Notes: generated by a model from the sequence alone, not told the origin. 64,000 nucleotides of DNA from Eledone cirrhosa (GCA_964016885.1 OZ024746.1:58900001-58964000); one strand, 5' to 3'; positions 26,355 to 41,517 are shown, counted from the stretch's first letter. Translations and numbers: made by a program.

Positions 26355-28245
26355 GGAGGTGAGTTTTATTGTAGTACAATAAAGCAATGCAGATATCGGA
26401 TAAGTAGCACTCTACAGTTTGTAGGACTGGAGTATAAATAATATATAAGATCAAAAGATGGTTAAAAGAGTTCCATGTATTTTATTATGTGCATTTCAAA
26501 AACAAATATCATCATGCGATGACATTTGCGTTTTCGTCAGATAAAATAGGGAGACATGATATGAAGGTTAAAAAACACTTGTGAATAGTGCACTTTAAAT
26601 CAACATATGAAAAGTAGTTTTAGATTGATGTGTGATATTGGGAAAAATTGAGGGCGGGGGGGGGGGATGAAAAAGAGGAGGAGATGAGAGTAAAGAATGG
26701 AGGGGGAGGAGTATAATAAGGAAGGATGAGATAGGAGGAGAGATGGGCGATAGAGAGAGAGAGATAGCTTTTATAACTGAGATAAATATATTGTTTTACA
26801 GAGAGAGGTTAAAAACCGTTGGAAGATAATATATAAATTAAAAGAATTTGAAAATTAACGAAGAGAAAAATTTAAGAATAATGTTAAATTAAGGTTTGTA
26901 TATTGAAGGGTTTCATAATATGTGCGATAAAAAGAAATTGTTAATATGAATTAAGAATAATATTAAGTTAAGGTTTGAATATTGAAGGGTTTAATTATAT
27001 GTGCGATGGAAAGAAATTGTTGATATGTATTATTTAAAAAAATAAAAATAGTAATGTAATTAAGGATATATTGTGAAAAGAAGGAAGTAGAAGAGTGGAT
27101 GAAATATGAATTTAGAGGTATTAGTTAGTATTTAAGTTTGTTATTATGTAATGTAATATGTATGCGTAATATATGTAAATAATTTGTTTACAAATGAGCG
27201 CAGAAAGCAAAGAAGGAGATAGTGTTTAAGGAGAAGACCTTAACATCAAAATATGTATGTTTATGAAGTATTTCCTAAAGGTAATAATGTAATAAAGGAG
27301 ATTAATTTAGGTTTAAGTTTGTTTTTATGTGTTGTGATGCGTAATATGTAGAAGTTAGACGAGCATGAAAGGGAGAAAAAAATAATGAATTGAGGATGAA
27401 TAATCTAACGTCAAAAAACATGTTTATGTTTACGAAGGATTTTTCAAGGTAATACTATAATGTATTTAAAAGGGAAATAGTAAGTTTTATGGCCAGGATG
27501 GAAGAAGGAAGAGGGGATATATTGTGGTGAGTAATAATGAGAATTGAGAAGTATCTAGGAAGAAAAGGTACAGATTAGAGGTCAGAAATTAAAAGAAAAA
27601 CGTAAAAAGGAAGAAAGGGAAGTGATAAATAGGAATGATATAGAATGAGTAACTAGTATTATATAATGTATAATAAATAACATTGAAGTAAGGTAGAAAG
27701 ATGGGTATATTTTTAAAGAAATAAATATCTTTTTATCGCACATATTATTAAACCCTTCAATATACAAACCTTAATTTAACATTATTCTTAAATTTTTCTC
27801 TTCGTTAATTTTCAAATTCTTTTAATTTATATATTATCTTCCAACGGTTTTTAACCTCTCTCTGTAAAACAATATATTTTTCTCAGTTATAAAAGCTATC
27901 TCTCTCTCTCTATCGGCCATCTCTCCTCCTATCTCATCCTTCCTTATTATACTCCTCCCCCTCCATTCTTTACTCTCATCTCCTCCTCTTTTTCATCCTT
28001 TCCACCCCACCCCCACCCCCCCCTGCCCTCAATTTTTCCCAATATCACACATCAATCTAAAACTACTTTTCATATGTTGATTTAAAGTGCACTATTCACA
28101 AGTGTTTTTTAACCTTCATATCATGTCTCCCTATTTTATCTGACGAAAACGCAAATGTCATCGCATGATGATATTTGTTTTTGAAATGCACATAATAAAA
28201 TACATGGAACTTTTTTAACCATCTTTTGATCTTATATATATTATA
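26352..28245. mobile_element. PLE-type element with about 500-bp inverted arms and long-stem-II HHRs (family H)
   Basis: About 26435-26932 is the inverse of 27730-28240. Plus-strand HHR 28133-28201 is ATTTTAT-CTGACGA-AAACGCAAATGTCATC GCAT GATGATATTTGTTTTT-GAAA TGCACA TA|ATAAAAT, mirror at 26479-26547. Flanked by (TA)n. Confidence 0.85.
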
Positions 28246-28511
28246 TATATATATATATATAAATTCAGTGAGAATCGTATTTTGCGCGGTTAAAAATAAG
28301 CAAAACTCAATTTCCGATTTGTGTGGCAAGCGCTCCATGAACCAAAAGAGACAAGAACAATAAACATATGTTATAAAGGCCATACTAACTGAGACGGAGG
28401 TTAAGAAGCTATCAACCACCTAAGCCAAAAAAAGACCAAGCAAGCTAAACGGGTCAAACAAAATATGAAAAAATAATTTACCCGGACCTTCTGTAAATGA
28501 TGGTAAAATCC

Positions 28512-29272
28512 AGTACATCTTTTTCTGCCATGCTTGCATGCACTCCTGGAAGGATTCTTACGGGATCCTCCGCAGTTCCGTCGTCATGGCCTTTTTGATG
28601 TCGTCCACCTCTTCAAAACGGGTCCCCTCCGGGTCGTACTCGAAGATCCATGACTCATCACCGGTGATGACTGTCCCTAGCAAGTCTGGTTCCATTTCGG
28701 GACGCTCGAGGATGTCCTGGCACATTTTCATGCGTCGACCCTTCTGGTTATCGTTCAGCAGTTTTGGCACCAACTTCGCGCAGACTTTCCGCATGTCCAA
28801 ATCTTCAGTGAGAATCTTCCAGACGCTGTCCCGATTCATGCCAACTGATTTGCCATCAGTCGAACAGTCAACCGATGATCACTACGCACCATCTGCCTGA
28901 CGCGCTGAACGTTGACCTCAGTCCTGGTTGCTGAGGGCCTTTCACTCCTGGGGTCATCTTCCACGTCCTCGCGTGACATCGTCTCATCTCCATACACTTG
29001 CTGCAGCAATCCCAGTGCTTCTGACGGAGTTTTCCCCAACCGTACCAGAAACTTCAAGTTTGTTCTTTCCTCTGTGCTCATTGCTTGACAACCTGAAACA
29101 GAGGACATGTATATAAAATTACGAAGAAAAAAGTTTCATCACTGCAGAGAGCTAAGATTACAGTTACATACTCCAGGGGGATTAATTTGAAGGAGAAAAC
29201 TCTTAGTGTGAAATTTGGGTTTGAAATAAATCTTGTGTGACATCAGTCCTGGAACTTTTCTGACACACCTCG
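28512..29272 (-). mobile_element. Internally deleted mariner (Tc1/mariner) transposon, transposase pseudogene
   Basis: MSTEERTNLKFLVRLGKTPSEA...DDPRSERPS...MRKVCAKLVPKLL...ITGDESWIFEYDPE jumps to GTRFEEVDDIK (DDD core deleted). TIR ...GGAACTTTTCTGACACACCTCG|TA. Confidence 0.9.
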
Positions 29273-29424
29273 TATATATATGTTTATATATATATATATA
29301 TAAATATATATATGTGTGGGGGGGGGGGTATGGATATAGGCTGTGGGGCGTGTCTGTGTTGGTGTGGGTGTGATTGTAACTCAAATTGAATTATGAGTAT
29401 TTTAAAATATTTCTGGCTTGTCGA

Positions 29425-29897
29425 TAAAAAACAATTTGAGCTGAGATCAAGATCATCTGGCGTCCGACCCTCTACCGATACTGCAAATTCACCAGAATCT
29501 AGAAAATAATTGTTTCTATTTTTTGGCACAAGGCCAGCAATTACGCAGTGCATTACTGGTACTTTATTTTATCGACCCCGTAAAGATGAAACACAAAGTT
29601 AACCTCGACGGGAATTGAACTCAGAATGGCAAGGGCCGTAACTCTATGCGTCAAAGCATGTCGTCCGAACCTCTACCGATAATGCCAATCCACCGCCACA
29701 GAATCTAGAAAATAATTGTTTCTACTTTTGGCACAAGGCCAGCAAATACCCAGTGTATTACAGGTACTTTATGTTTTCGACCCTGTAAGGATGAAAGGCA
29801 AAGTTAACCTCGGCGGGATTTGAGCTCAGAATTGCAAGAGCCGTAACTCTATGCGTCAAAACATGGCGTCCGACCCTCTACCGATACTGCCAATCCA
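29425..29897 (-). mobile_element. Tandem trio of main-family SINEs
   Basis: Copies at 29425-29490 (partial), 29506-29697 and 29712-29897, each bounded by CTAGAAAATAAT. Confidence 0.85.
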
Positions 29898-30384
29898 TGC
29901 CCTAGAAAATAATGCTATCTTGTTATGCAGTATCGGCTCTCGTAGTCATCCACAACTCACAAAAGCCTTGTTGAGTAAAATATGATATATACAAACTGTG
30001 CGGAACCTCGGCCAGCTGGTATCAATTTTAATTCATTGTTGTTATATATAATCGGTCAATCATTAATCCACCACATAACCCATGCATGATTTAATGCAAC
30101 ACACTCTATTGCAACTATTATGTCCTGGTCTTAGGTCTGAGGATAAATTTTCTTATTACTGCATCAGTCACAGATAGTGCAAAAATGATCATGTGTGATT
30201 TCGTTTCTTCTCTGACTAATCCATTTATTAAAACGTATTCTACGATGAACGATGTCCACAGTATTACGCATGGAAAGATTCATTAAGTATCGCAAGCTGT
30301 TATCGGCGGACATACCATCAGCAACTTCTCCGAAAGCAGAAGCCGAGGAATACGTCCAGCCAAGAACGCTTCACATTTGTCCAT

Positions 30385-30620
30385 TCCAATTTTATTACTT
30401 GCGACATCACAGGTGCCAAGCTGTATCGACCTTTGCCTTTCTCTTGGACAACATCGGTGTGGTGAAGAGAGGAGACAGGTATGCATGAGCGACTGCTGGT
30501 ATTCCACAAAGGAACTTGCCCCTGACTTTGAGATGAACTTTCCTTGGAGAGGTACTTTCCTGGTGAAAATCCCATTTGTTATTCGTGATCGAAATGGGTC
30601 TTTTCCCATAACCCTAACCT
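30385..30620 (+). mobile_element. Second SINE family, 3' part; related copy with head at 46600-46870
   Basis: Shared GTCAC-GGTGCCA--CTGTATCG-C-TTT-C-TTC-CTTGGACAACA-CG-TG. The 46.6-kb copy has GAGTTCGATT and TGTGTCCTTGAGCAAGACACTT. Confidence 0.65.
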
Positions 30621-30644
30621 TATACATATATATATATATATATA

Positions 30645-31270
30645 CGAGGTGGGTCAGAAAAGTTCCAGGACTGATGTCACAAAAGATTTATTTCAAACAC
30701 ACTTGCATGCGTCGACCCTTCTGGTCATCGTTTTGCAGTTTTGGCACCATTTTCGTACAGACTTTCCGCATGTCCAAATCTTCAGTGGGAATCTTTCAGA
30801 CGCTGTCCCGATTCCTGCCCAGCTCATTTGCCATCAGTCGAACTGTCAGCCGACGATCGCTATGCACCATCTGCCTGACGCGCTCAACGTTGACCTCAGT
30901 CTTGGTTGTTGAGGGCCTTCCGCTCCTGTGGTCATCTTCCACGTCCTTGCGTCATTCTTTAAACCTCTTACACCACTCAAAAACACGTGAGCGTGACATC
31001 GTCTCGTCTGCATACACTTGTTGCAGCAATCCCAGTGCTTCTGACGGAGTTTTCAAGTTTGATCCTTGCTCTGTGCGCATTGCTTGACGACCTGAAGCAG
31101 AGGACATGTATACAAAATTATGAAGAAAATGTTTGATCGCTGAAGAGAACTAAGGTTGCAGTTACGTACTCAAGGGAGATTACTTTGAAGGAGAAAATTC
31201 TTAGTGTGAAGTTTGGGTTTGAAATAAATCTTTTGTGACATCAGTCCTGGAACTTTTCTGACACACCTCG
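30645..31270 (-). mobile_element. Non-autonomous mariner deletion derivative with both TIRs
   Basis: TA|CGAGGTGGGTCAGAAAAGTTCCAGGACTGATGTCACAAAAGATTTATTTCAAAC ... inverse|TA. Retains the N-terminal transposase region homologous to the 28.5-kb copy. Confidence 0.9.
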
Positions 31271-31901
31271 TATATATATATATATGTATACAATATAGGG
31301 AGGAAAAATCACAGGCGAGTGAGTTTTCGTTTAAGTGAAATACGCGAGTCCTTTACTCCGTTGTTTTACTTGACACACATATATATATATATATACTATA
31401 AAGTATGTCCATAGAATCATTTGATATGACATATACTCCATTTCCTCTCCTAATTAGCATAATCAAGCACACAAAAAAACAATTAAACCAGGGTATAAGA
31501 TTAAAAGTCACCTATGAAGAAATAATAGGTAAATAAACGACAGCCATCTATTCGCGATCAACAGCTATAGAATATTTACCCAGCATTTCAATAGCACGTG
31601 GAAATCGATTAAATATATCGTCAACCATACTCAATTAGATATAAAATTAAAGTTAGAAGAAAAAATGCATATACACATACCAGGATTACGTATCTACCCT
31701 TCAGGGTTTCGTCGCTTTCGGAAATATGTATATTATATATATATATATATATATATTATATATGTATATTATATATATATATAAATAGCTATATTATATA
31801 TATATATAAATATTATATATATAAATATGTATATTATATATTATATATGTATGTATAAATATGTATATTATATATTATATATATATATATATATGTATAA
31901 A

Positions 31902-32078
31902 GGGCGGTGGATTGGCAGTATCGGTAGAGGGTCGGACGCCATGCTTTCCAGCATAGTTACGTCCCTTTACGATCTGAGTTCAAATCCCGCTGAGGTTTAC
32001 TTTGCCTTTCGTCATTACGGGGTCGATAAACTAATTCACTGGTTAATTGCTGGCCTTGTGCCTAAAGTAGAAACAATT
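31902..32078 (+). mobile_element. tRNA-derived SINE (main family)
   Basis: Full head GGGCGGTGGATTGGCAGTATCGGTAGAG through the 3' end. Confidence 0.85.
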
Positions 32079-32267
32079 ATATATATATGTATATATATAT
32101 ATAATAAAGAAATATAAACCTAAGATGATAAAGTCCTTTATTGATAAGGCTATAATACATGTTTCGAGGGCGACAGTTTTATTCTTGTATATATTCTCAA
32201 AATACTCCGTCACTCCTATGTGGAAAATGCACGTTGAGTTCTTGAATTGAATTACATCAATATTTTT

Positions 32268-32304
<37 letters not shown>

Positions 32305-32700
32305 GAGTGTGCGTTTGTACGTGTGCGCGTATGTGCGTGAGTGTCAGTATTGGTTAGTCAGTGATAATAACTACAGAGATAACGTTTTCTGGAATATAGT
32401 TAGATGGGTCAGATATCGTAGAGACGTAGGTTGGTATGTAGTTAAGATGGATGTGCGTGAATGTGTGTGTCTGAATGTGCGTGAATTCATATTGGGAAAA
32501 CCGTGGTGGTGGCGGTAGGGGTGGTGGTGTTGGATATTATTCAGAATATCGACATAGACAGTTTTATTGCTTGGACATAGTTGAGTTGGTGAGATTTACT
32601 AATTATAGACACATACCAGGCACATATATATGAAGTGTATGGGTGCGTGTGCGTGTGTGTGTATGTGTGAATATGTCCCTGTATGTCTATATATATTCAA

Positions 32701-32739
<39 letters not shown>

Positions 32740-32799
32740 CGCACATATGTACATATATATAAATATGTACATATGTGCGTATATATATATATAAATCTT

Positions 32800-32879
<80 letters not shown>

Positions 32880-32891
32880 TATATAAATGTT

Positions 32892-32940
<49 letters not shown>

Positions 32941-32949
32941 TATATAAAT

Positions 32950-33034
<85 letters not shown>

Positions 33035-33379
33035 TACATCAATATGTAAAATGTACTTCTATGAATGGATGTTTCTAAATAATGTTTTAAATTATACAGT
33101 TAGTTATGCATACACACACACACATAAATATATATAAATGTATATATATTTATACTCATGCATATATGTTTGTGCGTGCGCGTGTGTGTGTGTGCGTTTA
33201 TTCGTTTGTGCTTGAGTATAATGAGGAACCTATATATACGAACCATAACGAATCACTGAGATTACATAGGGATATAACACATATATGCACTTCATATGGA
33301 GACTTATTATAGTATATATATATATATGTATATATATTTCTTTTTCGCTCTTTCAGTCTCCTCATTCTCCCTCTCCACA

Positions 33380-33471
<92 letters not shown>

Positions 33472-33535
33472 GCTGTATATATAAATATATATATATATAA
33501 ATATATATATAAATTGATATATATATATATAAATT

Positions 33536-33588
<53 letters not shown>

Positions 33589-33611
33589 ATAAATATATAT
33601 ATATATATATG

Positions 33612-33709
<98 letters not shown>

Positions 33710-33801
33710 GCGAGAGAGAAGTTTGTGTAACCATATATATTTTTTCATCTATATTTCATATACAACTATTTAAATATATGTGTATAAATATATACATATA
33801 T

Positions 33802-33903
<102 letters not shown>

Positions 33904-33910
33904 TTATATA

Positions 33911-33952
<42 letters not shown>

Positions 33953-34467
33953 AATACATAAATACATAAATACAAAATATATACATACAAACTTTACGTA
34001 CCTATAAACATACATACATACATACATACATACATACATACATACATACATACATACATTCATACATACATACATACATTCATACATACATTCATACATA
34101 CATACATATAAATATGCATACATACATAACAATAATACTGTATATTTCACAATATCTGTTGTTATGATCAGCTATGTGGAACAAAAGAGATAAAGTTTCT
34201 CCATCCAAAGGACTTCTGAGAGTCGATGTTTCAGATTTTGGAATCTGTTCAAAAGACTATTTTGAAATAAAGAATCACAAAATATATTATTCTATTAAAA
34301 CTATAACGGAAAACAAGCCACTAATCTAATGTGTTTTGTTTTTTATGTGTATATATTCGTTTTCAATTCATTTTGTTTTCCTTTGTATTCTTTTATCATA
34401 TATTTTTGTTTCTATTTTCGTTCCTTTTTCTCCTTTCTGTTCCATTCTCTACCTCCCTCCGCCTTTA

Positions 34468-34869
34468 ACATCATCATCACCACCACCATCATCATCATCA
34501 GCAGCATCATCATCATCATCATCAGCATCACCATCATCATCACCATCATCATCATCACCATCATCACCATCATCATCAGCATCATCACCATCGTCATCAT
34601 CATCACCATCACCATCATCATCATCATCACCATCGTCATCATCATCATCACCATCATCATCACCATCATCATCACCATCATCATCCCCATCATCGCCATC
34701 ATCAGCACCATCATCATCATCATCATCATCACCATCGTCACCATCATCATCACCATCATCATCACCATCATCATCAACATCATCGCCATCGTCATCATCA
34801 TCATCATCACCATCGTCACCATCATCATCACCATCATCATCAACATCATCATCAACATCATCGCCATCG

Positions 34870-34921
<52 letters not shown>

Positions 34922-34996
34922 TTTCGTCAGCATATTCATCATGATCATGATCATCATTATCGTTTTCGTCATCATATTCATTATCACCACCACGAC

Positions 34997-35046
<50 letters not shown>

Positions 35047-35050
35047 CCAT
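34468..35050. repeat. Imperfect (CAT)n/(CAC) trinucleotide microsatellite
   Basis: About 580 bp of CAT-based triplets, which generate the poly-I/S/M/D ORFs. Confidence 0.9.
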
Positions 35051-35167
35051 TTTCATAATTAATAGTGACAGTAATAGAAGAGCTGCTAATTTCTGCACTT
35101 TCTTCAGAAATAGACCACATCTTTCCCCTTCCTTTTCCACTCCTCTACACACTCCGTATCTTATATA

Positions 35168-35248
<81 letters not shown>

Positions 35249-35420
35249 GCAAACACACATGCACACACACACACATATATGCGCGCACACAACCACACAT
35301 ACAAATGTATACACACATATATATGTGTGTGTTTATGTGTATATATACATGTAAACATACACATGCTTACACTCACACACATATACACATACTTACACTC
35401 ACACACATATACACACACAG

Positions 35421-35534
<114 letters not shown>

Positions 35535-36504
35535 GTGTGTGTGCGTGTGTATAGCTATATAGATGTATGGGTATATGAGTGAGTACAGAATACTTAATTT
35601 ATTAGACCCTGAAACGTTCACAAAACTTTACTCGGAGTTTTTCGTTTCACATCTTTCGGAGATTGTGATCGATGTAACCATAGAAACGGAAACGTTATTT
35701 TTTAGAACGTGTAGGAATATCTGAACTAAACATGTAGGAATATCTGAACAAAATATGGTTTTGATGTGGAGGGGTGGAAGAAACCGCCGTTTCGAATTCA
35801 TTAACATACAGCAACCATGGTTTGAACATTTTTATGTGGGGATATTGGGGATTGTAGTGAAGGAGAATAAGTTATGCATGTATCAAGAAATGAATGTAAA
35901 TGGACATGGAAATTCATGTATATGAATAAACTTACACATGTATGAATACAACTGAGCGCGTATGAACATAACTCCGTGGATATGAATAAAATTACTGATT
36001 ATATGAATAATATTGTGAATTTAAAATACTTGTGGTTGTAAGATTGAAAGAAGTGTTAAAACTCTTATTAAGTGTGCAAAGGAAATAATATTTGTGTTGC
36101 TATTGAAACAAAATTGTTGTATAGCTGAGATGTTTTCCAGAAATGGATGAAAATATATGTAGAACCATCGAGTTTTTTTTGTATCAGGTTTTATTTTTCA
36201 TAAAGGCATAATTATCCGAAAAAGTTAGGATATTTCCTTGCATTCATAAGTATATTAGTGGATGCAACGTGGCTGAATGGTTAAGAAGCTCAAATACGAA
36301 TTTATAGATCTTGGTAATTGAGTCAAGTGTAACTGTCTAGCTAACTCATTCATATGTTCTGATTATCTTAGAGAGTCCAATACGCTATATTGAAAAATGG
36401 ATTAAAATTTACCCACTTATTAGCATCAAATATCTGGATTTGTTATCACATCTGTTAAATCTTATCAGAAGGTTATATTTATTGAAAATGCTTCGTTATA
36501 AAGT

Positions 36505-36705
36505 AATAACTGTTTCTAATTTAGGCACAAGGCCAGCAATTACCCAATGCATTACTGGTACTTTATTTTATCGACCCCGTAAGGATGAAAGGCAAAGTCA
36601 ACCTCACAAAGTCAACCTCGGCGGGATTTGAACTCAGATCGTAAAGGCACATAACTATGCTGGAAAGCATGGCGTCCGACCCTCTACCGATACTACCAAT
36701 CCACC
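36505..36705 (-). mobile_element. tRNA-derived SINE (main family)
   Basis: Consensus match with a short internal duplication and flanking TTATAAAGTAAT repeats. Confidence 0.85.
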
Positions 36706-37441
36706 ACTAATGTTATAAAGTAATGTTATAAAGCAATGTTATAAAGTAATGCCAATGTTATAAAGTAATAACATTAAGCGGTTTCCACTGTATAAGGTAA
36801 ACAGTGGAACAAATCAAAATCAAGTAGTATATATTAAAAAAAATATATAATGTAATGGTTACTCAGCTATCCGGCACTCGGCAGATGCTGGGTTTCCGCA
36901 GCCACCTGCAGATTCCAGCAATCCTCTCTTTCCACTCTACTTCGGTATCCAAGGTTTCTAAGGCTAGTTTACCCAATGGATTCAACTATTTTATAGTTAA
37001 TATTTGCGTTGTGGCAGTTTTTCATAGGAAAAGGAAATAGATTTTGATATTTATTTTAAAATAAATATTATGATATACCACGACCCAAAATTTTTTCCTC
37101 CTTATATGGTATTCATCATTGCAACAAATTGTATATTTAAGGAGTCAATTGTTTTTAAACACGGTCTCATTATCGGAAAATAGAAATGATGGGAGGCAAA
37201 ATTGAATCTGATGATTAAGCCGGAACTAAAATATTTCCATGTTTTTTAAGCTTCCTACTCAGTACAGTAGCGATATTAGATTTAAGATTTAGAATCATTT
37301 TAAATGCGTATAATATGAGAGCGTTAAAAGGTTGCATTAACAATAATATCTTAAATATCATATATATATATATATATATATAGTTCGGATCTAGCTGTCG
37401 AAACGGCCGGTTCTCAGCCGTCGAGGTACTGACTCTTTTCC

Positions 37442-37538
<97 letters not shown>

Positions 37539-38956
37539 ATGTGTGTGTGTGTACGTGTGTGTTTGTGTGTCTGTCTGTGTATATATGTATATGTTGATAT
37601 ATATTTATGTGTGAAGAAAGAATGGAATGTTAAATAACAAAATATATTTTAAAAAAACGGAAAAGGAAGGGAAAGGGGGTATTATTTACAGTTTAATCAG
37701 GGAGAGAATGGCAGTGATGAACACCATTTCCGACGCCTGATTGTATTTCTTAAAAGAATGTATGTTGTATGTGCAGCAATAGTACCATATAGGAAATCTA
37801 TTGTAATAGGTTCGCATTTTGGTCTGATACTAGACCACCGTGCTTCGATTTACGCGAAACTTGTTTTATTCCATTTGTATCCTCATTTCAGGGGCAACAT
37901 CCTTTCAAAGTATTTTCCCATTATGTGCCCTTTTGGATGTATTACATTACAGACAAGCAAGCAAGCAATCACAGAATTTTAGTAATTGTATATTACTAAA
38001 ATTGATGATGTCGGCTGTGGATGAGATCAGGTCTCACGTGCTTTTCTGGCTATAAACATAGCACCATACTAGTTCATAGAATTCTACTGTAATGTTGAAG
38101 TTGCGCTGAGCTTTATGTTACGTCAAGTACGAATGAGAACAAAGGGAATTTCCCGAAGGTGGCTCTAAAATTAATACAATATTAAATATGTGAATTCTAA
38201 AGTAATAACTTTGCGTTTAAGCGTCATATGGTCTTAGTTACGGATCGAGTAAGAACTAGAGGATTTGCTGACTCTAAAATTAATACCGTACGAGATATGT
38301 GAATTCTAATATAATGGTGAAGTCATGTATGAGTTTTATACGATGTCATTTACGGATCAGATCAGAACTCAGGGATTTTTCTGCCTCTAAAAGTGTAAAC
38401 CTGTCATTAGGTATTAGTATCGATATTTACTAGTGCAGATCAATACAGATATGTAGTGCATTACTGCAATGCATTTCGTCCAGCTTCTACACTAAGTCCT
38501 AGAATACTTAAAGTAACAATTCCCTCTTTCTTCCCCTCTCAATCTCTTTCCATTAACGATATCAATTTTTCCTCTTTATACATATTCATTCTTTATTAAC
38601 GTACAACCCAAATCCAAGTGACCTTATTAATAAATACAATATAGCCATCAATCTCGATAGTAGAACTGTGTTTCCCACCTCCAGTATCACCACGCTCGAC
38701 ACCACAACCAAAACCCATCACAGCCAGCGCAATCCTCATCACTACAAACACCACTTCCAACACCCACGTCATTACCAACAACAACAACAGTACCAATCAA
38801 TACAACAAAACATATCACCACCACTATAACATCCTACAGCCACCATAATCACCAGCTTCCAAACCACCACTAAGATAAGCACCAAAAAGAACAACAACAC
38901 AGCCAACAACACTGCCACCATTACTACGAACATCACCATCACCTCATCAACATAAT

Positions 38957-39157
38957 GGCACAAGGCCAGCAATTTTGGGGGGGAGGAAAGTCGACTAAAT
39001 CGACCCCAGTTCGTGACTGGTACTTTATGTTATCGAACCCGTTAGGATGAAAGGCAAAGTTAACGTCGGCGGGATTTGAACTCAGATAATAAAGGGCCGT
39101 AACTCCATGCTTCAAAGCATGGCGTCCGACCCTCTACCGATACTGCCAATCCACCGC
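38957..39157 (-). mobile_element. tRNA-derived SINE (long variant) with TSD
   Basis: Flanked by ACCTCATCAACATAAT on both sides. Confidence 0.85.
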
Positions 39158-39374
39158 CCTCACCACCTCATCAACATAATGATAGCTACTGTATTGCTCG
39201 GTTGCTCTAGTTTGATTTGGGAGGCTCTGTTATATTTTCTCATACAATCTATATTTATTTCATGTTTTCCCCATTCGTCTTTTTTCTTTTTCCTCGCTTC
39301 CTTTTTATTTTTAATCTTTTATTTTCCTATTCAAATAATTGTGTATCTCTGTTGAACAATATATCCATTAAGTA

Positions 39375-39478
<104 letters not shown>

Positions 39479-39497
39479 TGTTTGTGTGTGTGTATAC

Positions 39498-39583
<86 letters not shown>

Positions 39584-39584
39584 G

Positions 39585-39648
<64 letters not shown>

Positions 39649-41082
39649 CGAATGTGTGTGCGTATAGATTCTTGTATTTATGTATGTATGTATGGATGTG
39701 TGTATGTGTGTATGTGTGTATGTGTGTTGCCCTCCATTATTCGACATTAAGTCATTAGTAATGCATTTACAATTCAAAATGAAATCATATAGATACATAA
39801 TGTGTTACTGCCATCAATTTCCTTGTTACAGTTTATTACAGCATAAAAATCATATCCTTCGTTTTCCTTATCGTTTCAATATATTGGAACGTCTCATTAT
39901 TTAGAGTAACACAGTAAATATTGATATGAGAGGATGAAGAATGAATATCCTTCATTTTACATACAGAAATGTTCATTGTAAAATATTAGCATATAACACC
40001 AATCAGCCATTATACATCTCGAAAAGCCGTATCCATCTTCTATTGTGATGTGCTGTATATCTTTATGAATATAGATATTTATCGATTACTCTAGCAAATT
40101 AGAAGGATATCCTTGTGCAAATATTTACTGAAGATAAAGCTCTTAAAACAAACATTGATTTTTGCTCATTTTTTTTTCCTTTCGATATCTCTCATTATGT
40201 TTCCTTTATTTGATGAGTCAAATATATTCAGTATTTCACATACTCCACATGTCAATTGTGGAGACATCAGGATTTTAAAAGCTGAAATACTGTCTATAAT
40301 ATAAACAATGGTTGTTGCCACCAGAATTACGAACGAGACTGAAGAAGTAAATAAGATTTTCTTGGTTTAGAGAATTGAAAATGTTTCTACTTATGTAGAA
40401 CATGCCACATTTTGTCAATGAAGTGCTTAGTTTAAAATAGTATCTGTGACTTTGAATTCAATATTACAACTGACGCTGAAGCTTGAAATCTGGGATTAAG
40501 AAAATTCTGATTTCTCCGTGCAACTTACAATAAAGTGATTTACAATATAAATAGAAAATATATACAATGTTATTACTAATATATTCACTCATTGACGACA
40601 AATAGAAACAGGACTATCACTAATTCAGATCTTTGAATATGAGATTTTAGATAAAGGCATAAAATCATCCTCTATCTATATTAATTGAACAATTCCTCTT
40701 TGTGCTGGTCGCCATTAAGACATCTGCTGAAGCCGCTCACCGCACATGCCGTTTTCCTCAAACTAATCGAGATGTAGGGCTCACGTCTGAAGCAGGAACG
40801 CCATGTGGGGAAATTGCTGATATAGCGTATATCTCTGTCTGTTCTCCACAGCCATTCTTGTTCACAGGATATAGGTGAAATACTGGCCAGACTGTAACAT
40901 TTGTCCCCACCCTCTCAATTTGTTTCTCCATTGTTTGTTTAATTGTTTCTTTTTCCAATTTCTCTTCTCTTTCTCGTTATATAATTATGATATTCGAAAA
41001 TATTATAAATATATATATATATATATATATACATATATATATTTATTATATATACATATATATATATATAAATCTCTCATTA

Positions 41083-41183
<101 letters not shown>

Positions 41184-41517
41184 GACGTATAGATATATAG
41201 CTTAACATTCTCACAGAAAAAAAAAGTAACACACTAACACAATAATACGCTAACACACTATCACACTATCACATACAGAGAACAGAAAGCTTCGTAAATA
41301 TATTTGCACAATTTTCTGTTCTTTCAATGCATTTCGTCATCTGATTGGCAACGCCTTATATGTTCTCTATAGGCAATACATATTTTCCTTGCAGGGTATA
41401 CAATACGAATTAATTCCATTGTATAAATACCAGCTAAATATAATCCATTGCCAATTTATTCTATCGTATGTGTGGGATTAGGCGGCGAATTGGCAAGTCG
41501 TTAGAATGTGGGATATA

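Noticed and set aside
30377-31087. 236-aa plus-strand ORF
   Set aside because: A chance frame across a SINE, TA repeat and the antisense of the mariner transposase.
31902-31990. tRNA gene
   Set aside because: A tRNA-like SINE head with A/B boxes, followed by the SINE body.
34329-35354. Long poly-I/S/M/D ORFs as a low-complexity protein
   Set aside because: A (CAT)n microsatellite open in several frames on both strands, with no coding context.
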